From NCBI RefSeq assembly GCF_003918875.1, contig NW_025767210.1, positions 62,001 through 126,000 of the forward strand: a DNA stretch of 64,000 bases. The letters are read 5' to 3'. A program made the position numbers and the translations under genes. This document shows, in pieces, positions 14,085 to 25,692 of the stretch. Position 1 is the stretch's first letter. The number at the start of each line of letters is the position of its first letter. Below the pieces are notes generated by a model, which saw only the letters and a list, made by a program, of their open reading frames with translations, was not told where the DNA came from and did not search any database. This DNA is from Haliotis rubra. Its lineage: Eukaryota.

Positions 14085-16907
14085 GAGTTTGATACTCCCC
14101 GAACAAGCCAAGACTTTCATTTTCACAATAATTATGGCATAAAATATTTTTTATGAACTTTGGCGAACATTTGGAATCCGTACCTTTAACGTCTGGCTCC
14201 ATAATGATAAATCTGGTGAGTTTACTTGTATCACTCACAATGGCTCCAGTGTTGTGGACAATATGATTGGAAGCTCATCAGTATTTGAAATTAGAAAATT
14301 TGAGATATGTACTCTGGACCTTTCTTGTCATTTCCCCATCTACTGCACTCTCGATATTTCATGTGCTCTGTCTAACTCTGAATGTACCACAACTTCTAAT
14401 ATAGATGCTAATCAGTGGGCCACTACTGAGGGGGATTCATGGGTTAGATATGTGTGGTCTAAGGACAGTAATAGTCAGTTTGCAACACAGTTTCACAACA
14501 AATTGTTAGATATGTCTGTTACACTAACTGACCGTGTGTATACCAATATTGATGAAGCAGTTAATCTCTTAGTTAGTGTGATACAACAAAAATACGATAA
14601 ATAATATGCATTACGTGCACACAGAGGCAATAATCAGGACATGGATATATTTCGACAGCTACAAAAGCTATTTAAAAGGACATTTATATACAAAAAGGAG
14701 AATTATCAGTGTAGGCAGAGACAGAAACTAGTGGATTCCAGCAGTGACTCGAGCCAATTTTGGAAGTTATTGAAACGACATAGAATGTGTGACAGTCTTC
14801 CCTCACCTATCTCCTGTAATCAGTGGTTTGATCACTTTCTATCATTACTTTGTGTTGACCAGCCTGATGTTTTACCTATTGTTTCACCAACGGTGTAAAT
14901 GCTACTGATGTTTTTTGTTTTACATTTTATATTCTCCTAACAATAAGTCCCCTGGATCTGATGGTATAGCAAACGAGTTTTTTAAAGTGCCTCCATTGTA
15001 CCTTTTCTTACAGTACTGTTTAATCAGATATTTGATAGTAGTAATTTTCCATGTTGTTAGGGCAAGAATATCTATATGCCCTCTGTTCAAATCTGGCTGT
15101 AAAAGTAACCCAAATAATTATAGGGGTATATCTCTTATTGATTCTATTTGTAAAACATTTTCCTATATTTTGAATAAGCGTTTAAAGTCATGGTGCGATG
15201 CACATTAAATTATTAATGAGTCCCAGGCAGGCTTCAGAGCCGCAATTGATCATATTTTCTCTCTTCAGGGTTTAGCCCAAACTATTCGGGTAAAGAGAGA
15301 GGTAGATTTTATTGCCTTTTTATTGATTTCTCAAAGGCATTTGACCTTTAACACAATAAGACATGATGTTCTCTTGCAATCTTTAACTGAAGTTGGTATT
15401 TCTGGTAAATTTTATAATATAATATCATCAATGTACAGCTGTTTATATGCATGTGTTAGAACCTCAAAGGGTTTATCTAAGTGTTTTACATGTAATATTG
15501 TTACACGTCAGGGTTGTGTGTTAAGCCCACCGCTGTATATCATATTTATTAATAACTTGTTTTCCTTTATGGAACAGGAAGGTGTTATAGGTGTTAATGT
15601 TTTATCTGATTTTAACAATTTGTGTTCACTTATGTTTGCTGATAATGTTTCTGCTCTTTCTGATACATGTAATCAGTTACAACAGAAGATAAATGCACGT
15701 GAATGTTTTTTTGTAAACAAACTGGAATGTCAATTAATCTTAGTAAACAAAAGTTCTTGTTTTTAGATGTGGTGGGCCATTACGGGAATATGACAAGTGC
15801 TTCTATAATAGTAATCCTATTAAAACTGTATCCTTTTATAAATATCTAGGACTTGTATTTACACCAAAGCTTGTATGGAATAAAGCACAAAGTTCTCTGG
15901 TATCTCAAGCTAACAAGGCAATATTTTCTGCAAATGGTTTTCAAAAAAACGACGGGAAGAGTAAATTGTAAAGTCTTGTTTAAGATTTTTTATTGTATAG
16001 TTTCACCTGTTTTGTGTTATAGGTCTGCGATTTGGGGTTCTAACAATTGTAGCATCATTGAGTCTGTTCAGGTAAAATTTTGTAAATATCTCTTGAAAGT
16101 TGGTTAATCTATGTGTAATAACATGGCTTTGGTGATTGTGGCAGACTTCCTCTACAAAGTACTTTTATGACTAAAGTAATTAAATACTGGTGTCACCTAT
16201 TGTATATTCCTTATAATAGACTGCGAAAACATTGCTATATTATGCTCAAGTCCTTAGATGATGTTTGCCGCACTACTTAGGCAACTTGTGTCAAAACTAT
16301 TTTATTTAAGTATGGTTTTGTCTATGCATGGATCAGTCAGGATGTTGGCAATGTTGATTATTTCATATCCTTGTTTAATCAGAGATTTTCGGATAATCTT
16401 AAACAATGTTGGTTCACTTCAATTCAAAATTCTAATAAATGTTTTTATTAACCACAACTTACGATATTTTTAAATGTGGAAAGGTATTTAAATTCTGATA
16501 TTCCTTTACATCTCAGATCTGCACTCTCTAAATTTAGATGTGGTATCTTTAATTTAGCCGTTGAAATTGGAAGATACAATAAAGTTAATTACAATGAGAG
16601 ATTATGTTTATTTTGTAAATTGGATGAAAACATATTATTGAAGATGAATTTGATGTACCCCTTAAGTGTGTACTTTCTTCTGATTTAAGATTAAGATATA
16701 TTTGACTGATGTTGATCCAAATGCCAATTTTATTAACATTATGAAAAGACATAATGATTGTATCATAAGAGATGTCAGTATTTTTTTCTGTATCATGTAC
16801 TTCAGCGCATTAGAAATGTTCTTCTTACACAGCATGTGCACTAAACTATCTGTATCATATACAAATGACTGTGACCTTTCAATGAATAAACTTGTCTGTC
16901 TGTCTGC
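14085..16907 (+). mobile_element. Degenerate LINE (endonuclease end, RT, C-terminal Zn knuckle) with many frameshifts
   Basis: ORF fragments KSPGSDGI.NEF, NYRGISL, RQGCVLSP.L, LMFADN (YADD-like), RLCLFC; 3' AATAAA plus (TGTC)n tail. Confidence 0.85.
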
Positions 16908-17484
16908 AAAAATCCATTTTAAATAACATTACCTATCACCAAATAACAACAGATATGTAAATCCCCATCATTCACATGAAGATGTGTTAAGATGCGCAAC
17001 TGAAGATGTGTTTGTATAATGTAAAAGTTGTTATCCGTAATACTCCTTGTAATTATCATGTCAAGCTTGTTGAGCTCATATGATTTCACTTCAAACTGAA
17101 GGTGACAGATGCAAATCATACAATTTATCGTCTTAGATTATTCTAAAACTTAAAACCTTCAGAAAAGATGTTGTTGAACCTTCTGTTTGATGGTAGTTTA
17201 AGAATTACATTCTTACTGTCTTGCGTGTGAAAAGGAATTCAGTCTTTTCCTATCAGAAATGCTGAGGCCTAATCTTTTACACAGCAATATATAATCAGGT
17301 CTGAGAATGTACATGTGTGCCATTCGCTCATTTGGCCTTTCTGACAAAATTCCAAGCAAGCCTATCTGTTGTTGAGGACCACATATTTATCTCTAATACC
17401 AACGTCATTCATTTATGTAAATGTGTATCGTGACTGAGATAAAAATGGAACGTCTAGGTTCCTAAATGCACCAGATCCTATCAG

Positions 17485-17491
17485 TATAAAA
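17485..17491 (+). promoter_or_regulatory. TATA box of sulfatase copy 1 (equivalents at 21828, 32699, 36866)
   Basis: TATAAAA about 45 bp upstream of the ATG in all four copies; a GATA-like site lies about 50 bp further upstream. Confidence 0.6.
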
Positions 17492-17530
17492 CAAATCCTC
17501 TACGACGTGGTCATATCCATTCTGACTTCC

Positions 17531-19069
17531 ATGCCAACGATGCAGTGGCTTGCATTTATACTTGTTCCTGTGGTGCTTGCCAGGAAGAATGTTCTGTTTC
17601 TCATTTCGGATGACATGCGGCCAAACCTTGGGGCATATCTTGGTCCTGACTTCCCTTCGCCTGTCTATCCAACAATGCACACACCTACTCTTGATGCATT
17701 AGCCAAGCGGAGTCTGCTCCTCAAGAGAGCCTATGTTTCCCAAGCACTTTGCAATCCAAGCAGAACAGCCCTTCTTACGAGTAGGAGACCCGATACAAGC
17801 CACATCTACGCCATCGGCCCTTACTTCAGGAAATATGGAGGAAACTTTACCACTCTGCCAGAGTACTTCAAGCAGAATGGCTACAGGACAATAGGGATGG
17901 GGAAGGTGTTCCATCCAGGGTCGTCTTCGGGTAATGATGATCCTGTGTCATGGACAGACCCGTATTTTCATGCACACGCTCATTATAAGGGAGATCATCG
18001 CAGTTGGACAGCTGTGCCTGAGGAAAGAGTAGCACAGCAACCTCTTGGAGACACCCTGCTGGCTGACAATGCAATAAAGGTTCTGCAAGATGTGGCGCCG
18101 AAAGCTAAGTCAGGTGAGCAACCTTTCTTTGTGGCGGTTGGACTTCACAAACCTCATCTTCCCTGGAATTTTCCAGCTCGTTTTATGGACTATTACCCTC
18201 TTGAGAATATTAGACCTCCTCCTAATTATTTTGCACCAGTGGGGATGCCCACAGTTGCTTGGCACAACTTCAGTAAATTTGCTGGATTCAAGGACATTAA
18301 GTCGCTCGGGTTAAAAGACATTGGAAATATCAATTTTACCTTTCCGCATAACCTTACTCTAGAGTTAAGAAGGGCATACTACAGCTGTATGAGTTTCGTA
18401 GACTACGAACTTGGCAGAGTAATAGTTGAGCTTGACAATCTTGGCCTGTCAGACAACACTATCATATCCTTCTGGGGAGACCATGGGTGGCAGCTTGGGG
18501 AACATAGTGAATGGCAGAAGCAAACAAACTTTGAGGATGCTACCCATGCTCCCATGATGATTCACATCCCAGGACTCACCGACCAGGGGATCGTCACAGA
18601 ACAGTTAACAGAATTTGTGGATCTCTTTCCAACACTTGCTGAAGCTGCAGAACTTCCTAAGATCGAGACATGTCCTGACAATTCGCAAAATGTTACCCTG
18701 TGTACAGAAGGACTCAGTCTGATGCCTCTTGTGAAGAATCCAAATACAACATTGAAGACTGCAGCCTTCTCCCAGTATCCCAATGAAAATGATGGAGACC
18801 CTCTGACGGGCAAAGCTGTGATGGGTTATACCATGAGAACAGACTCATATCGTTACACAGAATGGGTCAAGTTTACTGGTGGTAAGAAGTTCGTTACCCA
18901 CTGGAATAAGTTGGTTGCTGCAGAGCTTTACGATCATACCGTGGATCCACAGGAAAACTACAATCAAGCATTAAATGCTACCTATGCTAACATCAGGAAG
19001 GAGCTTAGTGCCAAGCTACAGGCTGGATGGAGAAAGGCAATGCCTGTCGGAGAAACGCTAAGCCATTAA
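17531..19069 (+). CDS. IDS: Iduronate-2-sulfatase-like sulfatase, copy 1 (intronless, signal peptide)
   Basis: N-terminal hydrophobic signal; SDDMRP metal-binding motif; CNPSR formylglycine motif; GKVFHPG, HKPHLP, GDHGWQLGEH, MGYTMRT..YRYTEW, ELYD...DP.E, all collinear with animal IDS. Start is placed at the ATG shared by all copies. Confidence 0.92.
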   Translation: MPTMQWLAFILVPVVLARKNVLFLISDDMRPNLGAYLGPDFPSPVYPTMHTPTLDALAKRSLLLKRAYVSQALCNPSRTALLTSRRPDTSHIYAIGPYFRKYGGNFTTLPEYFKQNGYRTIGMGKVFHPGSSSGNDDPVSWTDPYFHAHAHYKGDHRSWTAVPEERVAQQPLGDTLLADNAIKVLQDVAPKAKSGEQPFFVAVGLHKPHLPWNFPARFMDYYPLENIRPPPNYFAPVGMPTVAWHNFSKFAGFKDIKSLGLKDIGNINFTFPHNLTLELRRAYYSCMSFVDYELGRVIVELDNLGLSDNTIISFWGDHGWQLGEHSEWQKQTNFEDATHAPMMIHIPGLTDQGIVTEQLTEFVDLFPTLAEAAELPKIETCPDNSQNVTLCTEGLSLMPLVKNPNTTLKTAAFSQYPNENDGDPLTGKAVMGYTMRTDSYRYTEWVKFTGGKKFVTHWNKLVAAELYDHTVDPQENYNQALNATYANIRKELSAKLQAGWRKAMPVGETLSH

Positions 19070-19100
19070 GGAAATATCACATGTAAAGGTATATGGATTG

Positions 19101-19106
19101 AATAAA
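19101..19106 (+). terminator. Polyadenylation signal of copy 1 (equivalents at 23443-23448 and 34308-34313)
   Basis: AATAAA 32 bp after the stop, followed by T-rich sequence; absent at the same position after copy 4. Confidence 0.55.
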
Positions 19107-20372
19107 TATTGTCATTTACCATTTTATCAAATTTTGTTTTGGAAATAGATAAGGTTACTAAACCTTTTCCACAACCAAAAGAAGTCTCGATTCGATTGTG
19201 AGATTCGTATAGTTCCTGGAGCACGTGTGATAATGCCGAGTTTTCATGAACAGTTTAGTCTGCCCTGCCCCACTGATGGCACACGTCATAAACACATGTA
19301 AGGGCAAGTCAATTTGTCACCTTAGAAAAACACCAAAATGTAACATCAGCAACACAGGACCTAGTCTTACGGGCCATATCTTCGGGAACCATCTTTGCAT
19401 GGTCATAAAAAGCTGCTGGTCTATATAATCTAAATACCGGATGAAAGGTGTAGCTGTTTTAGAAGCTTCCAGATTACTCTTCACTCAACCTAAACTGTCT
19501 TCCAGTGGATCTTAACGGAAATAATTAATACAATTACAACACTGTTCCCTAAAAAATTACACTTACACGCGGAAAAATTCATCCCTTGAGTGCCTGTTTC
19601 TGGACATGCAGAGGGAAGTCAGGGTCCTTGTATGAACCGATGTCTTTTACATGTAATCGGCAACAAGAAACAAAACATGTTCATGGCACAGGGCCAATCT
19701 TTTTTTGCGGCAATCTGATCAGTTGAGAAACGATAAATGGCGTTAAATTTCAGAATTTGTTCTTGACTTGTAACTGCGAGTTAGTATCTTTCATAATTAG
19801 TATATTCTGCTGTGTCTCAAATTTGACTTACTAGTGCCATATGGCTAGGTGCTACGACACATTACAACACTACGATAAGAGCGTGACTTTATTTCGTAAA
19901 TACTGCTCCGAACGTCCAGCTTTTCAATCCTGCGGCTGACATGTATACGATGAAGGTCACGTTCGTCAATATTATGCTAATTGGTGTGCCAGGAGCTTGT
20001 CGAACGATTCCCCTTAAAAACCACGTTTCACTGTAAAAGTGACTCACTGCTGTGGCGGATTATGATGTAGTTACATCTCATGTAGTTTTACCTGCGAAGA
20101 TTTGCAGAACGTTTGACCTTATTTTATAAACAGAATGTTCTAACACGCACACAGACATATACGCAAATCTCTACATTCCAGTGATTATCTTGATCACGTT
20201 TTCTCCAGGACTTCCGATCAGATTTGTGTGTGTGTCCCTCTGCGTGGTTTGGCGCGCGCGTGCGCGCGTGTGTGTGTGAGTGTTTTCTTGCGTGCGGGTC
20301 TTTGCGTGTGTGTCTTCATGTATTTTTGTTTGTGTGTGTGTCTCCGTGTGTGTGACTGTGTGACTTTGGTTA

Positions 20373-20440
<68 letters not shown>

Positions 20441-21872
20441 TGCCCATTCACAGCTAGGTGGACTTGGACACATAGTCACAGTACTTTGTCCAAGTTTACT
20501 GCACGTTGCTCTACCCGCAACTAGGTGTTTGCACGTTTACATGGGGCTACCATCTGGTCATTTACTGACGGATTCGTATGTTCTTGTAAGTGCACAGGGT
20601 TGTGTACTGTACACTAGGGATTGTAACAACACTGACAGAATTTGCACACAAAATTGTCTCCAGGGTTTTTATACCCTTTACATGGGCTCGATTCCGGCAC
20701 CTCAAGCTCGCTAGATCAGTAGCCAGGCGCCTTAGCCAGTTCGCCTTTGCTAAATGTCATCAAGCAGGTCACTGACTCTGACCATGTGATCCATTAAGTC
20801 GTCTAGATTACTTGGAACCAATGGGAAACCGGGAGTCCCCACACGCTAGAAGCAGTGTTTATTATTTGAACACTCTGAATAAAAGTGAAAAAAGAACCCA
20901 TTCCACAATCACAGAGAAGTCCATTGAACTATCATAGCCTTATCGTATCTTTGACAGTGAATGGACTACATTGCAAATGTTGTGGACAGTCATACATGAC
21001 TGAAACCTGTCGACATACGCCCTGTAGAACGATAAGGATACAGGCCCTCCATCTAGAAGGCCGACTTGAGGTCAGGTCTTTCAGAACATTTCAACAACAC
21101 TCCCAGCCACCTTAACTAAGTCACTGGATCAAGTTCAACCTCTGAGACGCTATTCACATCTGTGCAACCATCAGTTTCTTAGTTTTTCCCAGTTAATGTT
21201 AAACAGAATACATACGCTTTACGTTCTGCTCTATGAACTCTTTCTATAGATTCCGCAAACACTGGAATAATCCATTGTACGTAACATTACCTTTCACCAC
21301 ACAACAACTAATATATATTCCCCATCATTCACATGGAGATGTGTTAAACTGCGGCACTGAAGATGTGTTTGTAAAATGTAAAGGTTGTTATCCATAATAC
21401 TCCTTGTAATTATTATGTCCAATTTGTTGAGTTCATATAGGGGTGACAAATGCAAATCATACATTTTATCATTCTCAGATTATTTTAAAAATTAAAACCT
21501 TCAGAAGATTTGTGGTTGAACCTACTATTTGATGGTATTCTAAGAATTACATTCTTACTGTATTGCGTGTGAAAAAGGACTTCTGTCTTTTGTTATCAGG
21601 TGTACTAAGGCCTAATCTTTTACATAACAATATATAACCAGGTCTGAGAATGTACATGTGTGCCATTCGCTCATTTGGCCTTTCAGACAAACTTCCAAGC
21701 AAGCCTATCTGCTGGTGATAACCACATATTTGTCGCTAATGCAAACGTCATTCCGTTCTGTAAATGTGTATCGTGACTGAGATAAAAATGGAATGTCTAG
21801 GTTCCTAAATGCACCAGATCCTATCAGTATAAAACAAATCCTCTACGGCTTGGTTATACCATTCCGATTTCC

Positions 21873-23411
21873 ATGCCAACGATGCAGTGGCTTGCGCTTC
21901 TCCTTCTTCCTGCGGTGCTTGCCAGGAAAAATGTTCTGTTTCTCGTTTCGGATGATATGCGGCCAAACCTTGGGGCATATCTTGGTCCTGACTTCCCTTC
22001 GCCTGTCTATCCAACAATGCAGACACCTACTCTTGATGCATTAGCCAAGCGGAGTCTGCTCCTCAAGAGAGCCTATGTTTCCCAAGCACTTTGCAATCCA
22101 AGCAGAACAGCCCTTCTTACGAGTAGGAGACCCGATACAAGCCACATCTACTCCATCGGCCCTTACTTCAGGAAATATGGAGGAAACTTTACCACTCTGC
22201 CAGAGTACTTCAAGCAGAACGGCTACAGGACAATAGGGATGGGGAAGGTGTTCCACCCAGGGTCGTCTTCGGGTAATGATGATCCTGTGTCATGGACAGA
22301 CCCGTATTTTCATGCACCTAATAACTATGTTATAGATCATCTCAGTTGGGAAGCTGTGTCTGAGGAAAGAGAAGCACAGCAACCTCTTCAAGACACCCTG
22401 CTGGCTGACAATGCAATAAAGGTTCTGCAAGATGTGGCCCCGAAAGCTAAGTCAGGTGAGCAACCTTTCTTTGTGGCAGTAGGATTTCACAGGCCTCATC
22501 TTCCCTGGAATTTTCCAGCTCGTTTTATGGACTATTACCCTCTTGAGAATATTAGACCTCCTCCTAATTATTTTGCACCAGTGGGGATGCCCACAGTTGC
22601 TTGGCACAACTTCAGTAAACTGGTTCGATTCAAGGACATTAAGTCGCTCGGGTTAAAAGACATTGGAAATATCAATTTTACCTTTCCGCATAACCTTACT
22701 CTAGAGTTAAGAAGGGCATACTACAGCTGTATGAGTTTCATAGACTACGAACTTGGCAGAGTAATAGTTGAGCTTGACAATCTTGGCCTGTCAGACAACA
22801 CTATCATATCCTTCTGGGGAGACCATGGGTGGCAGCTTGGGGAACATAGTGAATGGCAGAAGCAAACAAACTTTGAGGATGCTACCCATGCTCCCATGAT
22901 GATTCACATCCCAGGACTCACCGACCAGGGGATCGTCACAGAACAGTTAACAGAATTTGTGGATCTCTTTCCAACTCTTGCTGAAGCTGCAGAACTTCCT
23001 AAGATCGAGACATGTCCTGAAAATTCGCAAAATGTTACCCTGTGTACAGAAGGACTCAGTCTGATGCCTCTTGTGAAGAATCCAAATACAACATTGAAGA
23101 CTGCAGCCTTCTCCCAGTATCCCAATGAAAATGATGGAGACCCTCTGACGGGCAAAGCTGTGATGGGTTATACCATGAGAACAGACTCATATCGTTACAC
23201 AGAATGGGTCAAGTTTACTGGTGGTAAGAAGTTCGTTACCCACTGGAATAAGTTGGTTGCTGCAGAGCTTTACGATCATACCGTGGATCCACAGGAAAAC
23301 TACAATCAAGCATTGAATGCTACCTATGCTAACATCAGGAAGGAGCTTAGTGCCAAGCTACAGGCTGGATGGAGAAAGGCAATGCCTGTCGGAGAAACGC
23401 TAAGCCATTAA
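21873..23411 (+). CDS. IDS: Iduronate-2-sulfatase-like sulfatase, copy 2
   Basis: 512-aa intact ORF with the same catalytic motifs (HRPHLP variant). Confidence 0.92.
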   Translation: MPTMQWLALLLLPAVLARKNVLFLVSDDMRPNLGAYLGPDFPSPVYPTMQTPTLDALAKRSLLLKRAYVSQALCNPSRTALLTSRRPDTSHIYSIGPYFRKYGGNFTTLPEYFKQNGYRTIGMGKVFHPGSSSGNDDPVSWTDPYFHAPNNYVIDHLSWEAVSEEREAQQPLQDTLLADNAIKVLQDVAPKAKSGEQPFFVAVGFHRPHLPWNFPARFMDYYPLENIRPPPNYFAPVGMPTVAWHNFSKLVRFKDIKSLGLKDIGNINFTFPHNLTLELRRAYYSCMSFIDYELGRVIVELDNLGLSDNTIISFWGDHGWQLGEHSEWQKQTNFEDATHAPMMIHIPGLTDQGIVTEQLTEFVDLFPTLAEAAELPKIETCPENSQNVTLCTEGLSLMPLVKNPNTTLKTAAFSQYPNENDGDPLTGKAVMGYTMRTDSYRYTEWVKFTGGKKFVTHWNKLVAAELYDHTVDPQENYNQALNATYANIRKELSAKLQAGWRKAMPVGETLSH

Positions 23412-25692
23412 GGAAATATCACATGTAAAGGTATATGGATTGAATAAATATTGTCATTTACCGTTTTATCAAATTTTGTTTTGGAAATAGATAAGGTTAC
23501 TAAACCTTTTCCACAATCAACAGAAGTCTCGATTCGATTGTGAGATTCGTATAGTTCCTGGAGCACGTGTGATAATGCCGAGTTTTCATGAACAGTTTAG
23601 TCTGCCCTGCCCCACTGATGGCACACGTCATAAACACATGTAAGGGCAAGTCAATTTGTCACCTTAGAAAAACACCAAAATGTAACATCAGCAACAAAGG
23701 ACCTAGTCTTACGGGCCATAACTTTGGGAACCATCTTTGCATGGTCATAAAAAGCTGCTGGTCTATATAATCTAAATACCGGATGAAAGGTGTAGCTGTT
23801 TTAGAAGCTTCCAGATTACTCTTCACTCAACCTAAACTGTCTTCCAGTGGATCTTAACGGAAATAATTAATACAATTACAACACTGTTCCCTAAAAAATT
23901 ACACTTACACGCGGAAATATTCATCCCTTGAGTGCCTGTTTCTGGACATGCAGAGGGAAGTCAGGGTCCTTGTATGAACCGATGTCTTTTACATGTAATC
24001 GGCAACAAGAAACAAAACATGTTCATGGCACAGGGCCAATCTTTTTTTGCGGCAATCTGATCAGTTGAGAAACGATAATTGGCGTTAAATTTCAGAATTT
24101 CTTCTTGACTTGTAACTGCGAGTTAGTATCTTTCATAATTAGTATATTCTGCTGTGTCTCAAATTTGACTTACTAGTGCCATACGGCTAGGTGCTACGAC
24201 ACATAACAACACTACGATAAGAGCGTGACTATATTTCGTAAATACTGCTCCGAACGTCCAGCTTTTCAATCCTGCGGCTGACATGTATACGATGAAGGTC
24301 ACGTTCGTCAATATTATGCAAATTGGTGTGCCAGGAGCTTGTCGAACGATTCCCCTTAAAACCACGTTTCACTGTAAAAGTGACTCACTGCTGTGGCGGA
24401 TTATGATGTAGTTACATCTCATGTAGTTTTATCTGCGAAGATTTGCAGAACGTTTGACCTTATTTTATAAACAGAATGTTCTAACACGCACACAGACATA
24501 TACACAAATCTCTACATTCCAGTGATTATCTTGATTACGTTAATTGAGTAAGGAGTGTGTCATGTACAAAATGAAATGTTAACTTTTCTCCAGGACTTCC
24601 GATCAGATTTGTGTGTGCGTCCCTCTGCGTGGATTGGCGCGCGCGTGCGCACGTGTGTGTCTTCATGTATTTTTGTTTGTGTGTGTGTGTGTGTCTCCGT
24701 GTGTGTGACTGTGTGACTTTGGTTATTGGTCTTTCTTTCTCTCCCTGTGTGTGTGTGTGTGTGTGTGTGTGTGCCCATTCACAGCTAGGTGGACTTGGAC
24801 ACATAGTCACAGTACTTTGTCCAAGTTTACTGCACGTTGCTCTACCCGCAACTAGGTGTTTGCACGTTTACATGTGGCTACCATCTGGTCATTTACTGAC
24901 GGATTCGTATGTTCTTGTAAGTGCACAGGGTTGTGTACTGTACACTAGGGATTGTAACAACACTGACAGAATTTACACACAAAGTTGTCTCCAGGGTTTT
25001 TTACACCCTTTACATGGGCTCGATTCCGGCACCTCAAGCTCGCTAGATCAGTAGCCAGGCGCCTTAGCCAGTTCGCCCTTGCTAAATGTCATCAAGCAGG
25101 TCACTGACTCTGACCATGTGATCCATTAAGTCGTCTAGATTACTTGGAACCAATGGGAAACCGGGAGTCCCCACACGCTAGAAGCAGTGTTTATTATTTG
25201 AACACTCTAAATAAAAGTGAAAAAAGAACCCATTCCACAATCACAGAGAAGTCCATTGAACTATCATAGCCTTATCGTATCTTTGACAGTGAATGGACTA
25301 CATTGCAAATGTTGTGGACAGTCATACATGACTGAAACCTGTCGACATACGCCCTGTAGAACGATAAGGATACAGGCCCTCCATCTAGAAGGCCGACTTG
25401 AGGTCAGGCCCCGATTTCTCGAAACAAACTTAAGTTTTTACTCAAATTACAAACTGAGTTTGAGATTTTGACTCAGCTGAGTTTCTTACTCAGTTGCGTT
25501 TCTCAAAGCAAACTCAGTCAAAACTCAGCCGAGTTTATAACTCAGAATTTGAGATCGATCTGAGATTATTTTTTATACGTGGTTGAAGCGGCCATGGCGC
25601 GGAAATCAACTTCCGTTTCTAATGTAAACACGGTAGAAGTCGTCTGCTAGCGAAGTTGTCTACCGATAGGATAACGGCAAATAATGTTGAGA

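Noticed and set aside
20171-21115. Small ORFs conserved in each inter-sulfatase spacer (e.g. MKKEPIPQSQ..., THTH/ERER ORFs)
   Set aside because: Conserved only because the spacer is recently duplicated; microsatellite-derived or non-ATG starts, with no recognisable domain.
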